In this document: one piece after another, positions 31,379-41,203 of the stretch | Layout of the letters: each line of letters opens with the position of its first letter | Numbering within the stretch: position 1 is the first letter of the stretch | Assembly (NCBI GenBank): GCA_964537315.1 | Contig: CAZIAP010000001.1 | Span: 23,975-87,974 of the forward strand | DNA length: 64,000 nucleotides | Source of the DNA: an uncultured Gammaproteobacteria bacterium | GTDB taxonomy: Bacteria; Patescibacteriota; Microgenomatia; Levybacterales; GWA1-39-11 | Reading direction: 5' to 3' | Translations under genes and position numbers: made by a program | Notes under the pieces: model-generated | The model's database searches: none | The model's input: the letters and a program-made list of their open reading frames with translations, nothing else | Told to the model about the DNA's origin: nothing

Positions 31379-33904
31379 TTAATTAATTTGCTTAGTGAAA
31401 AGTGAAATTGGCTTATCAGCAATTTTGAGTGATTGATCTAATTGGTAGTCAGTTTGCAAACTTTGTACAATGATACGCATATAGTTTATCGAACCAAAGT
31501 ATGCTTCCATGTCATCTCTGAAAGCTGGATCTACACTATCTAAAAATGCCGATGATAAGGGTCCATATGATGGGTTAATTTCTTTATCACGTAAGTGGAA
31601 ATTAGAGGTGTATCTTTTAACTTTTCTGTCAAAAAAATCTACTGGCGCATAACCATCCCAATCTTGGTGCTCAGCACCAAGACCGTATTCATCATAGTAT
31701 CCGTATGCTTTATATTCAGGACGTGTGTATTTAAAGTTATCATCAATATGATTAATAAATGACCTACGTGCTAAGTCAACGTTATGAGAGAACTCTTCTC
31801 CGACATCAATGTTTCCCATTTTAGCAAACAGCTTAGCCTCTCCGAGCAGTCCGAGTGAGGTGGCTAGATAATGGTCACTGATGATTCCGTGATTATAAAA
31901 TTCAATATCACCGTTTGAGTCTAATATTACTGTACGAAGACCATCATCTTCTGTTGTGCCTAATGCAAAAGTAGCCTTTGCGTATTTATGAGCAGATGCT
32001 ATCCATTGTTCCCGATTAGGATGATTCGATAGCAAGCTTGCTGCTCCTATAAGCTGTGCTGCTATACCTGCGTTCGTTTCTCCAAAGCTGTTCTCACGAA
32101 TATTATCCTCAGAATTTCCTTTAGGTGGTTGCGAAGCGTAATTATCAGCCATTGCAGTAAGTCTGTTGAGTATTTCATCAACCATGTTAGGCTCTCGTTT
32201 CTGAAGCTCATTTCCATGGAGCTTCAATGCAAGGATAAATTCGAGCATGGGAAATACCTCAGTTGAGGTGTTATCAGGCAGAGAATTACCATTTAAGCTA
32301 ATTAATTCCTTGGAATACTGCCAGGACTTTTTTATAGTCTCATTAGCTTTATCAAACTCACTATTTACTCCGTAAATAATTCCTGCGTTGGTAAGATATG
32401 CGCCCATCCACCATCGCTTATCTTTTATCTCTTGCGTGTAATGTTCTGGAAGAGAGTTAACAAAATTTTGATTGAAAAAAAGTAGGTCTTTATTCTGTAG
32501 AACTTCTTTTAATACATTATTCATATGTTTATTACTTTCTGTAAGTAATAGATTCTCGTGGTTGTTATCTTGAGGCTCAGAATCGTATCTCCAAGTGTGA
32601 TATTGCTTACCAACGTTTCCTGCTTCTACCTGCCAGTCAGATGGGTTAGTAGGATCATAAGTTAGACATCTTCTCTCAAAAACCTGCATTAAGATTTTTT
32701 TAGGAGTCCCTCCAACATTTGCCTCTACCCAATACGGCTCAGTTATCGGTCTACCAATCTCTTTCAAAGGATCGTGATCACGATTATTTATATATTCTTC
32801 GAATGGACCAGCAATATTATGACCAGTAATTTCGTCATAGCTAGAAATAGAAACTTCGTGAGAAACATTTTCTACCTGTGATACTTCTCCTGCTCGGTTG
32901 ATATGCGAAGTAACCTTTGTTCCTTCATGAATTTTTTCTACAGGATCCAATTTGTTATGTAGTGATGCGTACGTGACCCCGTGTGAGTCATCAAGATCGC
33001 CGACTATGTTTATTTCTGCTGGTTTTCGATCTTCAAATTCATTATTTCCTGTTTGGATCTTTCCTTTTATCATTTCCAACGGAAGTAGTCCATTAGTGAC
33101 ATACCAATTACTGTCTGGGTTTCTATCGGGGTTATTGATTTCCATTCTGGACTTATCAAAGTAAACAACCTGCCGTTTACCATTTGGAGAGTCTGAATAT
33201 GGCTCCTCAATAATTTTAGTTAGAGCTTTAGGTCCCCATGTCCATGGTTTTCGTACTGAACCAGTAGCTATGGGTCCATCTGACAATTTCCAAACTCTAT
33301 CAAAGTAAAAGTTTCCCGTTGGTCCGTCTATTCCTTCAAGATTTCTGGTCAACTCGTCTGGTTTTACCATGTAAGTGGCACTTCCATGAGCTTCAGCAGT
33401 TTCAGGGAGAGAGCGCAGTGCAAGCGCTCCTGTTACACCTATAGCTCCTTGTAAAAATCTTCTACGAGACATGGTTGAAGAAAAATTGCTGGTTGAATCA
33501 GGTGATTCTGACTCAATTGATCCTAAAGTCTTTTCTTGTAAGTTATCAGTAGATGTGTTTTTTCTTACTTCCTCAAATTCTTCTAAGTAATGGATTCTTC
33601 GTCTAGAACTAGATAATACAGGGTCAGTACTCAATAATTTTTCAGGTTGTTCCGGAACTGACTGCTCTATGCTCTCTACCATGTCTTCAGGTGACAAGTT
33701 TGTTGAAAAATCATTGGTTGGAATACTAAAATCTTGAGTTTCTTCCTGTCCTCTCTGAGAATGACCGAGCATGTGCGCGATTTTGCCGAAAAGTGATTTT
33801 CTCTGCTCTTGAATCGGTTTTAATGAGGGTTCATGTGATTGATTTGCTTGCTCGGTACGTGAGGTATTATTAATTTCTGAATGATTTGGACTTTCATTTT
33901 CCAT
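31379..33904 (-). CDS. Large secreted protein with a twin-arginine signal (function unknown); the true start may be at 33472
   Basis: 'MSRRRFLQGAIGVTGALALRSLPETAEAHG' Tat motif sits 145 aa into the track ORF; the upstream 144 aa are acidic and low-complexity. Confidence 0.5.
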   Translation of the reverse strand: MENESPNHSEINNTSRTEQANQSHEPSLKPIQEQRKSLFGKIAHMLGHSQRGQEETQDFSIPTNDFSTNLSPEDMVESIEQSVPEQPEKLLSTDPVLSSSRRRIHYLEEFEEVRKNTSTDNLQEKTLGSIESESPDSTSNFSSTMSRRRFLQGAIGVTGALALRSLPETAEAHGSATYMVKPDELTRNLEGIDGPTGNFYFDRVWKLSDGPIATGSVRKPWTWGPKALTKIIEEPYSDSPNGKRQVVYFDKSRMEINNPDRNPDSNWYVTNGLLPLEMIKGKIQTGNNEFEDRKPAEINIVGDLDDSHGVTYASLHNKLDPVEKIHEGTKVTSHINRAGEVSQVENVSHEVSISSYDEITGHNIAGPFEEYINNRDHDPLKEIGRPITEPYWVEANVGGTPKKILMQVFERRCLTYDPTNPSDWQVEAGNVGKQYHTWRYDSEPQDNNHENLLLTESNKHMNNVLKEVLQNKDLLFFNQNFVNSLPEHYTQEIKDKRWWMGAYLTNAGIIYGVNSEFDKANETIKKSWQYSKELISLNGNSLPDNTSTEVFPMLEFILALKLHGNELQKREPNMVDEILNRLTAMADNYASQPPKGNSEDNIRENSFGETNAGIAAQLIGAASLLSNHPNREQWIASAHKYAKATFALGTTEDDGLRTVILDSNGDIEFYNHGIISDHYLATSLGLLGEAKLFAKMGNIDVGEEFSHNVDLARRSFINHIDDNFKYTRPEYKAYGYYDEYGLGAEHQDWDGYAPVDFFDRKVKRYTSNFHLRDKEINPSYGPLSSAFLDSVDPAFRDDMEAYFGSINYMRIIVQSLQTDYQLDQSLKIADKPISLFTKQIN

Positions 33905-33966
33905 ATGCTCTTATAATTTTTACTTGGTATACAGCGTACTTGTCAAATACCACTTAAAAATAGTGC

Positions 33967-34626
33967 TTATAGTGTCAGTTTTTTCAGTGCTTCCTTTGCC
34001 GCGCGTTTTTCAGCATCTTGTTTAGATTTCCCTACACCTTGTCCAAGTTCACGACCTCCGATAGATACTCGTACTGTATAAATGCGTGCATGATCAGGAC
34101 CTTCTTCTTTAATAATTTCATAGACTGGAGAGTCTTTATATTTTTCTTGTAATACTTCCTGTAAATGGCTTTTCGGATCTTTAAGCCCTTGCTCCTCAAT
34201 AATCGAGTCTATTCTGTTAAGAATAGTGTTTTGGATGAATTGTTCTGCAGCGCTTAATCCTTGATCTAGAAAAAGACCTCCTACTACTGCTTCATATGTA
34301 TTAGCAAGCAAGCTTTTATTAGTCCTTCCTCCGCTGGCTTCTTCTCCTCTAGATAATTTCAACTTTTCCCCAAGGCGTAAATCTTTGGCTACAAGATACA
34401 AAGTTTCTGTGTTAGTTAAAATTGATCTGAGATTTGTCAACTCACCTTCTTTAAGATCAGAGTATTTCAGATAAATATGAGATGATACAACAAATGAGAG
34501 AATGCTATCGCCTAAAAACTCCATTCTTTCATTGGACTCTGTTGCACCGTTAGACTCGTTAAGATAAGACCGGTGCGTAAATACTTGGAATTCAATATTT
34601 TTGTTTTTAAATTGGGGTATTGTCAT
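33967..34626 (-). CDS. rnc: Ribonuclease III
   Basis: 'ERMEFLGDSILSFVVS' signature plus C-terminal dsRBD. Confidence 0.9.
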   Translation of the reverse strand: MTIPQFKNKNIEFQVFTHRSYLNESNGATESNERMEFLGDSILSFVVSSHIYLKYSDLKEGELTNLRSILTNTETLYLVAKDLRLGEKLKLSRGEEASGGRTNKSLLANTYEAVVGGLFLDQGLSAAEQFIQNTILNRIDSIIEEQGLKDPKSHLQEVLQEKYKDSPVYEIIKEEGPDHARIYTVRVSIGGRELGQGVGKSKQDAEKRAAKEALKKLTL

Positions 34627-34646
34627 AATTCATAGATCCTAACTTT

Positions 34647-35015
34647 TTATTTATCCGATTCTTGTAGTTCTTTTAATAGTTTACCTAATGCTCCATTTAT
34701 AAATCCAGGAGAAGATTCTCCTCCGAACTCTTTTGCCAATTCAATCGCTTCATCAATGATAACTTTGGGAGGCTGAGTTTTTTCTATCATCAGCTCGTAT
34801 GCTCCAAGCCGTAAAATTGCCAGATCGATTTTATTTAGTTTAGGAATAGGAAACTCAGGTGCAATTTGTTCAATTTTTGCGTCAATGAGATGGAGATTGT
34901 TGAGAATATCAAGAGATTTTTTGTCAGTGATCTCCTGTTCAGAAAAAGTATGAGCAAAAAGGGACTGAATTATCTTCTGTCGATGAATATGACGAGGATC
35001 ACGTGATGTTTTCAT
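34647..35015 (-). CDS. nusB: Transcription antitermination factor NusB-like
   Basis: 122 aa all-helical, '[10 protein letters not shown]' NusB-like core. Confidence 0.6.
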   Translation of the reverse strand: MKTSRDPRHIHRQKIIQSLFAHTFSEQEITDKKSLDILNNLHLIDAKIEQIAPEFPIPKLNKIDLAILRLGAYELMIEKTQPPKVIIDEAIELAKEFGGESSPGFINGALGKLLKELQESDK

Positions 35016-35129
35016 GTGCTAATAGCTAAATTGTTTATCTCGCATAGCGAGTATAAATAGCTGCACGGTTAAATAGTATATTTTCAGTTCCTTGAAGCGA
35101 TATGACTATTAAACTATGTAACTATTTAG

Positions 35130-35306
35130 TCTATTTTTGGACAACTTGCTGTCCTTTATAAAATCCGCAGGTAGCACAAACAATATGTGGTGCATTTGCA
35201 GCTCCACAGTTTGAGCATCGTGCCACAGGAGTAAGTGAGAGTCGAATTGACTCCCGTCTTTTTCCTTTACGCGCAACTGAATGTCTTTTCTTTGGTTCGT
35301 GTGCCA
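35130..35306 (-). CDS. rpmF: 50S ribosomal protein L32 (absent from the ORF track, <60 aa)
   Basis: Hand translation of the - strand gives 'MAHEPKKRHSVARKGKRRESIRLSLTPVARCSNCGAANAPHIVCATCGFYKGQQVVQK': CxxC...CxxC Zn ribbon and YKG..V tail typical of bacterial L32. Confidence 0.8.
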
Positions 35307-35331
35307 TATATTTAGTTTTCTACAACCTTAA

Positions 35332-37380
35332 TTAATCTGGATTTACTTTATGTATTATAGTGGATTTAAGCCTTTCTTGCAATATAGGGTACTTTTCAAG
35401 CTGATCATATAATTTTCTTGCATCCTGTTGCGATAATCTGATTAGTGAACTATCACCAAAGTTAGCAACTTTAAGCATTCTCGATCCGTGCTGAACAGTC
35501 CCATACATATCTCCTGCTCCTCTTTGTCTGAGATCAATCTCAGCCAAAGCTGCGCCATTATGAGTTGTTTCCAGACTCTTTAATCTTGAAATCGTTTTCT
35601 GGCTTTCACTTTCTGTGAATAATAGGCAGTACGACTGTTTATCACTTCTTCCTACTCTTCCACGAAGCTGATGTAAGCTTGCAAGACCAAATCTCTCCGC
35701 AGCTTCAATGACTATTATAGTTGCATTTGGAATATCGATTCCCACCTCGACTACCGGGGTTGAAACTAGAATTTGTGTCTCTCCCGTTTGAAATTTATTG
35801 AGAGTTTCCTGTTTTTCATTAGCTTTCATTTTACCGTGTAACAAGCCAAGACTAAGTTCAGGAAATATTTTTTTCTGCAGATGCTCAAATTCTTTTACTG
35901 CTGCCCGTACACTTTGCATGCTCTCTGACTCTTCAATAAATGGACATACAATAAAGACTTGATTAAAGTTGCCTTGCTTGTCTTTCTCAAGCACTTGTTT
36001 TTTGATCCAAACATATGCGTTTTCTCTTTTATGGTTGGGCACAAGCCAAGTTTTTATTTGTATTCTGCCACTTGGCATTTCGTCTAGAACAGAAAGATCC
36101 AAGTCACCATACATGGTGAGGAACACAGTACGTGGTATCGGAGTCGCTGTCATACTTAGAAAATGAGGAGCTGTTCCTTTATCCCTAAGAACTCCTCTTT
36201 GATGTACCCCGAATCTGTGCTGTTCGTCCACGACTACAAATCCAAGATTTTCGAAGTTAACTTTTTTTTGAATGAGAGCATGAGTACCGACAAGAATGTC
36301 TGATTTTGTTTGATGATTGTTTTTATTCTTTGTAGCGCTAGTTAGTAAACTTATTTTAACTCCAAGTGGTTCAAGTATTCTCTTAATTGTTTCGTAATGC
36401 TGCGTAGCTAAAATCTCTGTTGGTGCCATAAGAGAAGACTGGAAACCGTTAAGAAATGCAACATACATTCCTATTGCTGCTACAATCGTTTTTCCTGACC
36501 CTACGTCACCTTGTAACATTCTGTTCATTGGAGTAGTTTTGGACAGGTCATTTAGAACTTCCTGAACTGCTCTATTCTGAGCACTTGTCAAACTAAACGG
36601 AAGACTTTTATATAATTTGTCAATTTGCTTTTTATACTTTTTAGCATCGAATGCTTGGGTTGTTTTTTGAACGGTCCACTCTTTTTTTCGGTGAATTGAA
36701 GTAAGTTGGAGCATAAATAGTTCGTCATATGCCAACCTCGAACGCGCTTTTTCTGCATCCTGAAGTGATAGAGGAAAATGAACTGTCCTAATAGCATCAG
36801 TCAGAGGAAGTAGATTGTTTGCTTGAATAAGTTCGTCAGGAAGATGTTCCTCAAATAATACATCCATGGTATTAAGTATTGTTTTTACTCTATTACGAAT
36901 CCATTTTGAACTAACACCTCGTGTTTCAGGATATATGGCAACCAGCGCTCCAGTGTGTATTGTCGGTGAACTCAAGTCAGGGATTACCTCATAATCCTTT
37001 ACTTGTATACTTGATTTAGAGCCAAATCGTTCTATACGTCCTGAGACACTAAGTATTTCTCCTATGTGTAGATTTCTGGTTACATACGGCTGGTTAAACC
37101 AGACACACTCAACTGTTCCCGTTTCATCTGCAAGCTCTACTTTTTGAATTTGAAATCTATTACGTGTATAAACATTTTGGATAGATGAAATAGTACCGAC
37201 TAAGGTAACTACTTCTCCGGTCGGTGCTTTGGCAATTGATGTTTTTAGCGTGTAGTCTTCGTACCGGGTTGGTAGATGCATCAATAAATCTTTGACTGTA
37301 TAGATAGACAGCTTCTCGACTTTTTTTGCATAGACTGAAAATGCTCGTCCTGCTGCGGTTAGTGGTGTATCAAGTGTCAT
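35332..37380 (-). CDS. recG: ATP-dependent DNA helicase RecG
   Basis: Wedge/OB N-terminus, Walker A 'GDVGSGKT', 'VVDEQHRFGV', helicase C motifs. Confidence 0.9.
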   Translation of the reverse strand: MTLDTPLTAAGRAFSVYAKKVEKLSIYTVKDLLMHLPTRYEDYTLKTSIAKAPTGEVVTLVGTISSIQNVYTRNRFQIQKVELADETGTVECVWFNQPYVTRNLHIGEILSVSGRIERFGSKSSIQVKDYEVIPDLSSPTIHTGALVAIYPETRGVSSKWIRNRVKTILNTMDVLFEEHLPDELIQANNLLPLTDAIRTVHFPLSLQDAEKARSRLAYDELFMLQLTSIHRKKEWTVQKTTQAFDAKKYKKQIDKLYKSLPFSLTSAQNRAVQEVLNDLSKTTPMNRMLQGDVGSGKTIVAAIGMYVAFLNGFQSSLMAPTEILATQHYETIKRILEPLGVKISLLTSATKNKNNHQTKSDILVGTHALIQKKVNFENLGFVVVDEQHRFGVHQRGVLRDKGTAPHFLSMTATPIPRTVFLTMYGDLDLSVLDEMPSGRIQIKTWLVPNHKRENAYVWIKKQVLEKDKQGNFNQVFIVCPFIEESESMQSVRAAVKEFEHLQKKIFPELSLGLLHGKMKANEKQETLNKFQTGETQILVSTPVVEVGIDIPNATIIVIEAAERFGLASLHQLRGRVGRSDKQSYCLLFTESESQKTISRLKSLETTHNGAALAEIDLRQRGAGDMYGTVQHGSRMLKVANFGDSSLIRLSQQDARKLYDQLEKYPILQERLKSTIIHKVNPD

Positions 37381-37577
37381 AACAAAGTTATGTGCGGATA
37401 TTAAACCAGAATAAAAGGTAGAATTGCTCCTACAATCATCACGATCGCGGTAAGAATTATAATAATTTTTAGTATCCAGTTTTTCCTTCTTAAAATATCC
37501 ATAATCTTTATTGTCTAGTTGGCTGATCGAAATATAATTATAAAATAACTATACGCTAGATGCCAGCAACTATACTC

Positions 37578-38798
37578 TTATATAACCTCTATTCTAACAA
37601 ATGTGCGTTTGCCGATCTGCAATACTCCTGCTCGTACAATTTCATGCACACTCGTAACAGGACGTGTATCAAAGGTTACTCCACCCTGCTCAATAAGACG
37701 TTTTCCTTCTGATTTTGAAGCAACTAAATTATTCTCTACTAAAAAATCAAGCACCGTTCTTTGTTCTCCTGATGTTAGGGTAATTGTATTTATTTCCTGC
37801 GGTACATTTTTTTGTTGTACAACTGTTACAAACTGATCTTGAGCATAAGCAGCCTCTTGCTCGCTATGAAGTTCAGAAACAATAATTTTTGCTAACTCTT
37901 TTTTAATTTCAATTGGATTCTCACCACTTTCAAGTCGTCTTTTAACTGTTTCAATTTCTGACAAAGAAACATTAGTTCCTAATGTGTAATAATCAATGAT
38001 TAAATCATCGTTAATAGACATAACTTTACCAAACATATCAACAGGTTGGTCTTCTAACCATATAGCATTTCCCCATGTTTTACTCATTTTACGTCCGTCA
38101 GTGCCCATTAAGAATTCATTTGTCATAACAAAAGACTCTTTTTTCCGTAAATTTTTTTGTAGAGTTCTTCCTGCTTGCATGTTAAAGGTTTGATCTGTAC
38201 CTCCGATTTGCAAATCCGTATCCAGATGATAACTGTCATAACCCTGCATAACCGGATACAAAGCTTCGTGAAGTCCGACTTTTTTTCCTTCGCTAAGGCG
38301 TTTTTTTATCAGCTCTCTTCCAGCAAAGTCACCAAATGAAAAATGTTGGGTGAGTTTAATAATTTCAGTAAATGTTAGTTTAGATAGCCACTCACTGTTG
38401 TAACGAACAGATACTTTTGAGAAATCTAGTACTTTTTCTGCCTGTTTTTTATAAGTCGCGAAGTTTGCTTCGATTTCTTCACTTGTCAGTACAGGTCGCT
38501 CACTTTCCTTATCAGATGTATCACCGATGAGGGCGGTAAAATCACCTATTAAAAATGTAACATCGTGTCCCATTTCAGCGAGTTTTTGTAACTGACGCAG
38601 TGGAAAGGCGTGACCAAGATGGATATGGGTTGAGGTTGGATCAATACCAAGATAAACGTTAATTTTTTTATCTGATTCAAGAAGTTCTTTTAGTTTGTCT
38701 TTGTCAGGGATGATGTTTGCCACACCGCGTGAAAGCAATTCTTCTATCTGATTCATATGGTTATTATATTCTAATTGGTCAATTGCGTAAAGCTGCAT
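37578..38798 (-). CDS. tyrS: Tyrosyl-tRNA synthetase
   Basis: 'HIGH' ('THIHLGH'), 'KMSKT', C-terminal S4 domain. Confidence 0.9.
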   Translation of the reverse strand: MQLYAIDQLEYNNHMNQIEELLSRGVANIIPDKDKLKELLESDKKINVYLGIDPTSTHIHLGHAFPLRQLQKLAEMGHDVTFLIGDFTALIGDTSDKESERPVLTSEEIEANFATYKKQAEKVLDFSKVSVRYNSEWLSKLTFTEIIKLTQHFSFGDFAGRELIKKRLSEGKKVGLHEALYPVMQGYDSYHLDTDLQIGGTDQTFNMQAGRTLQKNLRKKESFVMTNEFLMGTDGRKMSKTWGNAIWLEDQPVDMFGKVMSINDDLIIDYYTLGTNVSLSEIETVKRRLESGENPIEIKKELAKIIVSELHSEQEAAYAQDQFVTVVQQKNVPQEINTITLTSGEQRTVLDFLVENNLVASKSEGKRLIEQGGVTFDTRPVTSVHEIVRAGVLQIGKRTFVRIEVI

Positions 38799-38847
38799 AT
38801 TCCTCGTGTCTTTTACCTTTTATGATTTTTGTTATAATGAATGCTCT

Positions 38848-41196
38848 ATGCGGTATTTCTCTGCTCCGACTCCGCGGTCTCGCCGCCTCAGAAGACGTTC
38901 AAGCCTGAAACGTATTGTTCTGTTATCAAAGTTTACCAAGATTGCTTTTATTGCAATGATTGTAGGTATAGTTCTATTTTTTGGATATTTCCTCTGGATT
39001 TCTCGAAGCCTTCCTACTCCTGGAGAGTTGGCAAACCCTGACATAAAAGACTCGACAAAAATTGTTGATCAAAATAATGTTGCGCTGTATTCAATATACA
39101 AAGACTATAATCGCACCTATGTTAATCTGTCGGATATACCAAAAGAACTACAAGAAGCAACCATTGCTACAGAAGATCAGGATTTTTATGAAAACTCAGG
39201 GTTTTCTTGGAGGGGATATGCTCGTGTAGTAAAAGACCTTATATTAAAGCAGCGACTCACCGGAGGATCAACTATCACGCAGCAGTTAGTAAAAAATGTG
39301 TTACTTACATCTGACCGCAATGTGACAAGAAAAATGAAAGAGTTAATATTAGCGGTACAGGTTGATAAGCGATTCTCCAAAGATGAAATACTCGAGATGT
39401 ACCTCAATAATGTTCCATACGGAGGTACGGCTGTAGGGATAGAAGCTGCGGCAAATCAGTACTTTGGTAAAAAAGCAAAAGATCTTAATCTAGCTGAGTC
39501 TGCATTTCTTGCAGGACTACCTCAATCTCCGACCTATTACTCTCCTTATACCGGAAACAAAGCATATATTGACCGTTCAAAACAGGTGCTTAGAAGAATG
39601 GTTGAAGAAGGATATATCTCTGAGAACGAGTCAGAAAAAACGCTTGCTGCAATCGGAAAATTTAAATTTGCACAGGAAGGCGGCAGTTTTAAAGCTCCCC
39701 ACTTCGTGATGTATGTCAGGCAGCAGTTAAATGAGTTATTTGGTGAAAATGCAGTTATTAATGGTAACTTAACCGTAAAGACTACTTTAGATTACAAGAT
39801 TCAACAGCATGCGGAAAAAACTATCAAAGAAGAGATAGCTGAACTTAAAAATTATAAAGTGAGTAACGGATCGGTAGTAGTACTTGATCCTAAGACTGGT
39901 GCGATACTCTCTATGGTGGGTTCTGCTGATTATTTTGATCAGGAAAACGACGGAAATTTCAATACAGCTATTGCGCCACGACAGCCAGGATCTAGCTTGA
40001 AGCCTCTAATTTATGGAGTTGCACTTGAGAAAGGATACACACCATCTACTCTTCTCATGGATGTTCCTACAGAGTTCCCTGGTGCAACAGAGGCAACTCC
40101 TTATAAGCCAGTAAACTATGACGGGAAGTATCGTGGCCCAGTACAGATGCGTTTTGCTCTCGGAAATTCATTAAACGTACCGGCAGTAAAAATGCTTGCC
40201 ATGGTAGGTCTTGAGCCGGTAATGAAAAAAGCTTATGACGCAGGTATTGAAAACTGGAAGCCAACTGAAGAGGCGATGAGAAACGTTGGGTTATCATTGG
40301 TATTAGGAGGACGTGAAGCAACTCTGTTGGAGATTACTTCACTCTACTCTGCATTTGCAGATAAAGGAATGCATCATGAGCCTTTTGCGATATTGGAAGT
40401 TAAAGATGCCAAAGGAAAAGTAATATATAAACATAACCAAGATAAAGGTAGGAGACTGTTTACAGAAGAAGCTTCATTTTTGATATCTCACATGCTGCTT
40501 GATAACAATGCCAGAAGTATGGTTTTTGGTACTAGGTCATTACTAAACGTTCCTGGTAAGACGGTCGCGGTCAAAACAGGAACCACAGATGAGAAAAGGG
40601 ATAACTGGATAGTAGGTTACACACCATCATATGTTGTTGGTGTTTGGGTGGGAAACAACGATAACTCCCCAATGAATCAGGCTATAGCTTCAGGTGTTAC
40701 AGGTGCAACTCCAATCTGGAATAATGTGATATCAGAGATTCTAAAAGACAAAAAGGATGAGCAATTTGAAGTGCCTAATAATGTAACAGCAATGGAAATC
40801 GACTCGTTAGGAGGAGGTTTACCGGTAGAGGGTCAGGCAAAGCGTACAGAATACTTTGCAAAGGGAACGGAACCAACTACCAAGAGTCCGATCTATAAAG
40901 AAGTAAAAATTTCCAAAGCAGATAGCAATAGACTTGCTAATGAGGAAGAAATAGAACGTGGTGATTATGATGTGAAAGAGTTTGTTGTGTTTGAAGAGAA
41001 AGACCCAGTTTCCAGTGATGGAAAAAACCGTTGGCAAGAAGGAATTGCATCCTGGATTGCAGGAAATTATAAAGATAACCCCCTTTATAATCCGCCTACT
41101 CAAAGCTCAGATAAAAAGTATGATGAAAAAACTGCAAAACGAAATGAAGATAATGATGACAATGACGATGGCATAGCCGGAGTTGCTAAAGAATAA
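38848..41196 (+). CDS. Class A penicillin-binding protein (bifunctional glycosyltransferase/transpeptidase)
   Basis: GT51 'EDQDFYENSGFSWRG', 'GGSTITQQLVKN'; TPase 'SSLKP' (SxxK), 'KTGTT'; start placed at the M of 'MRYFSAPTPRSRRL', 14 codons inside the track ORF. Confidence 0.85.
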   Translation: MRYFSAPTPRSRRLRRRSSLKRIVLLSKFTKIAFIAMIVGIVLFFGYFLWISRSLPTPGELANPDIKDSTKIVDQNNVALYSIYKDYNRTYVNLSDIPKELQEATIATEDQDFYENSGFSWRGYARVVKDLILKQRLTGGSTITQQLVKNVLLTSDRNVTRKMKELILAVQVDKRFSKDEILEMYLNNVPYGGTAVGIEAAANQYFGKKAKDLNLAESAFLAGLPQSPTYYSPYTGNKAYIDRSKQVLRRMVEEGYISENESEKTLAAIGKFKFAQEGGSFKAPHFVMYVRQQLNELFGENAVINGNLTVKTTLDYKIQQHAEKTIKEEIAELKNYKVSNGSVVVLDPKTGAILSMVGSADYFDQENDGNFNTAIAPRQPGSSLKPLIYGVALEKGYTPSTLLMDVPTEFPGATEATPYKPVNYDGKYRGPVQMRFALGNSLNVPAVKMLAMVGLEPVMKKAYDAGIENWKPTEEAMRNVGLSLVLGGREATLLEITSLYSAFADKGMHHEPFAILEVKDAKGKVIYKHNQDKGRRLFTEEASFLISHMLLDNNARSMVFGTRSLLNVPGKTVAVKTGTTDEKRDNWIVGYTPSYVVGVWVGNNDNSPMNQAIASGVTGATPIWNNVISEILKDKKDEQFEVPNNVTAMEIDSLGGGLPVEGQAKRTEYFAKGTEPTTKSPIYKEVKISKADSNRLANEEEIERGDYDVKEFVVFEEKDPVSSDGKNRWQEGIASWIAGNYKDNPLYNPPTQSSDKKYDEKTAKRNEDNDDNDDGIAGVAKE

Positions 41197-41203
41197 CTAA
41201 TTG

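Noticed and set aside
37381-37577. Possible 33-aa hydrophobic peptide on the - strand between tyrS and recG
   Set aside because: Too short, with no RBS or conservation evidence available; left unannotated
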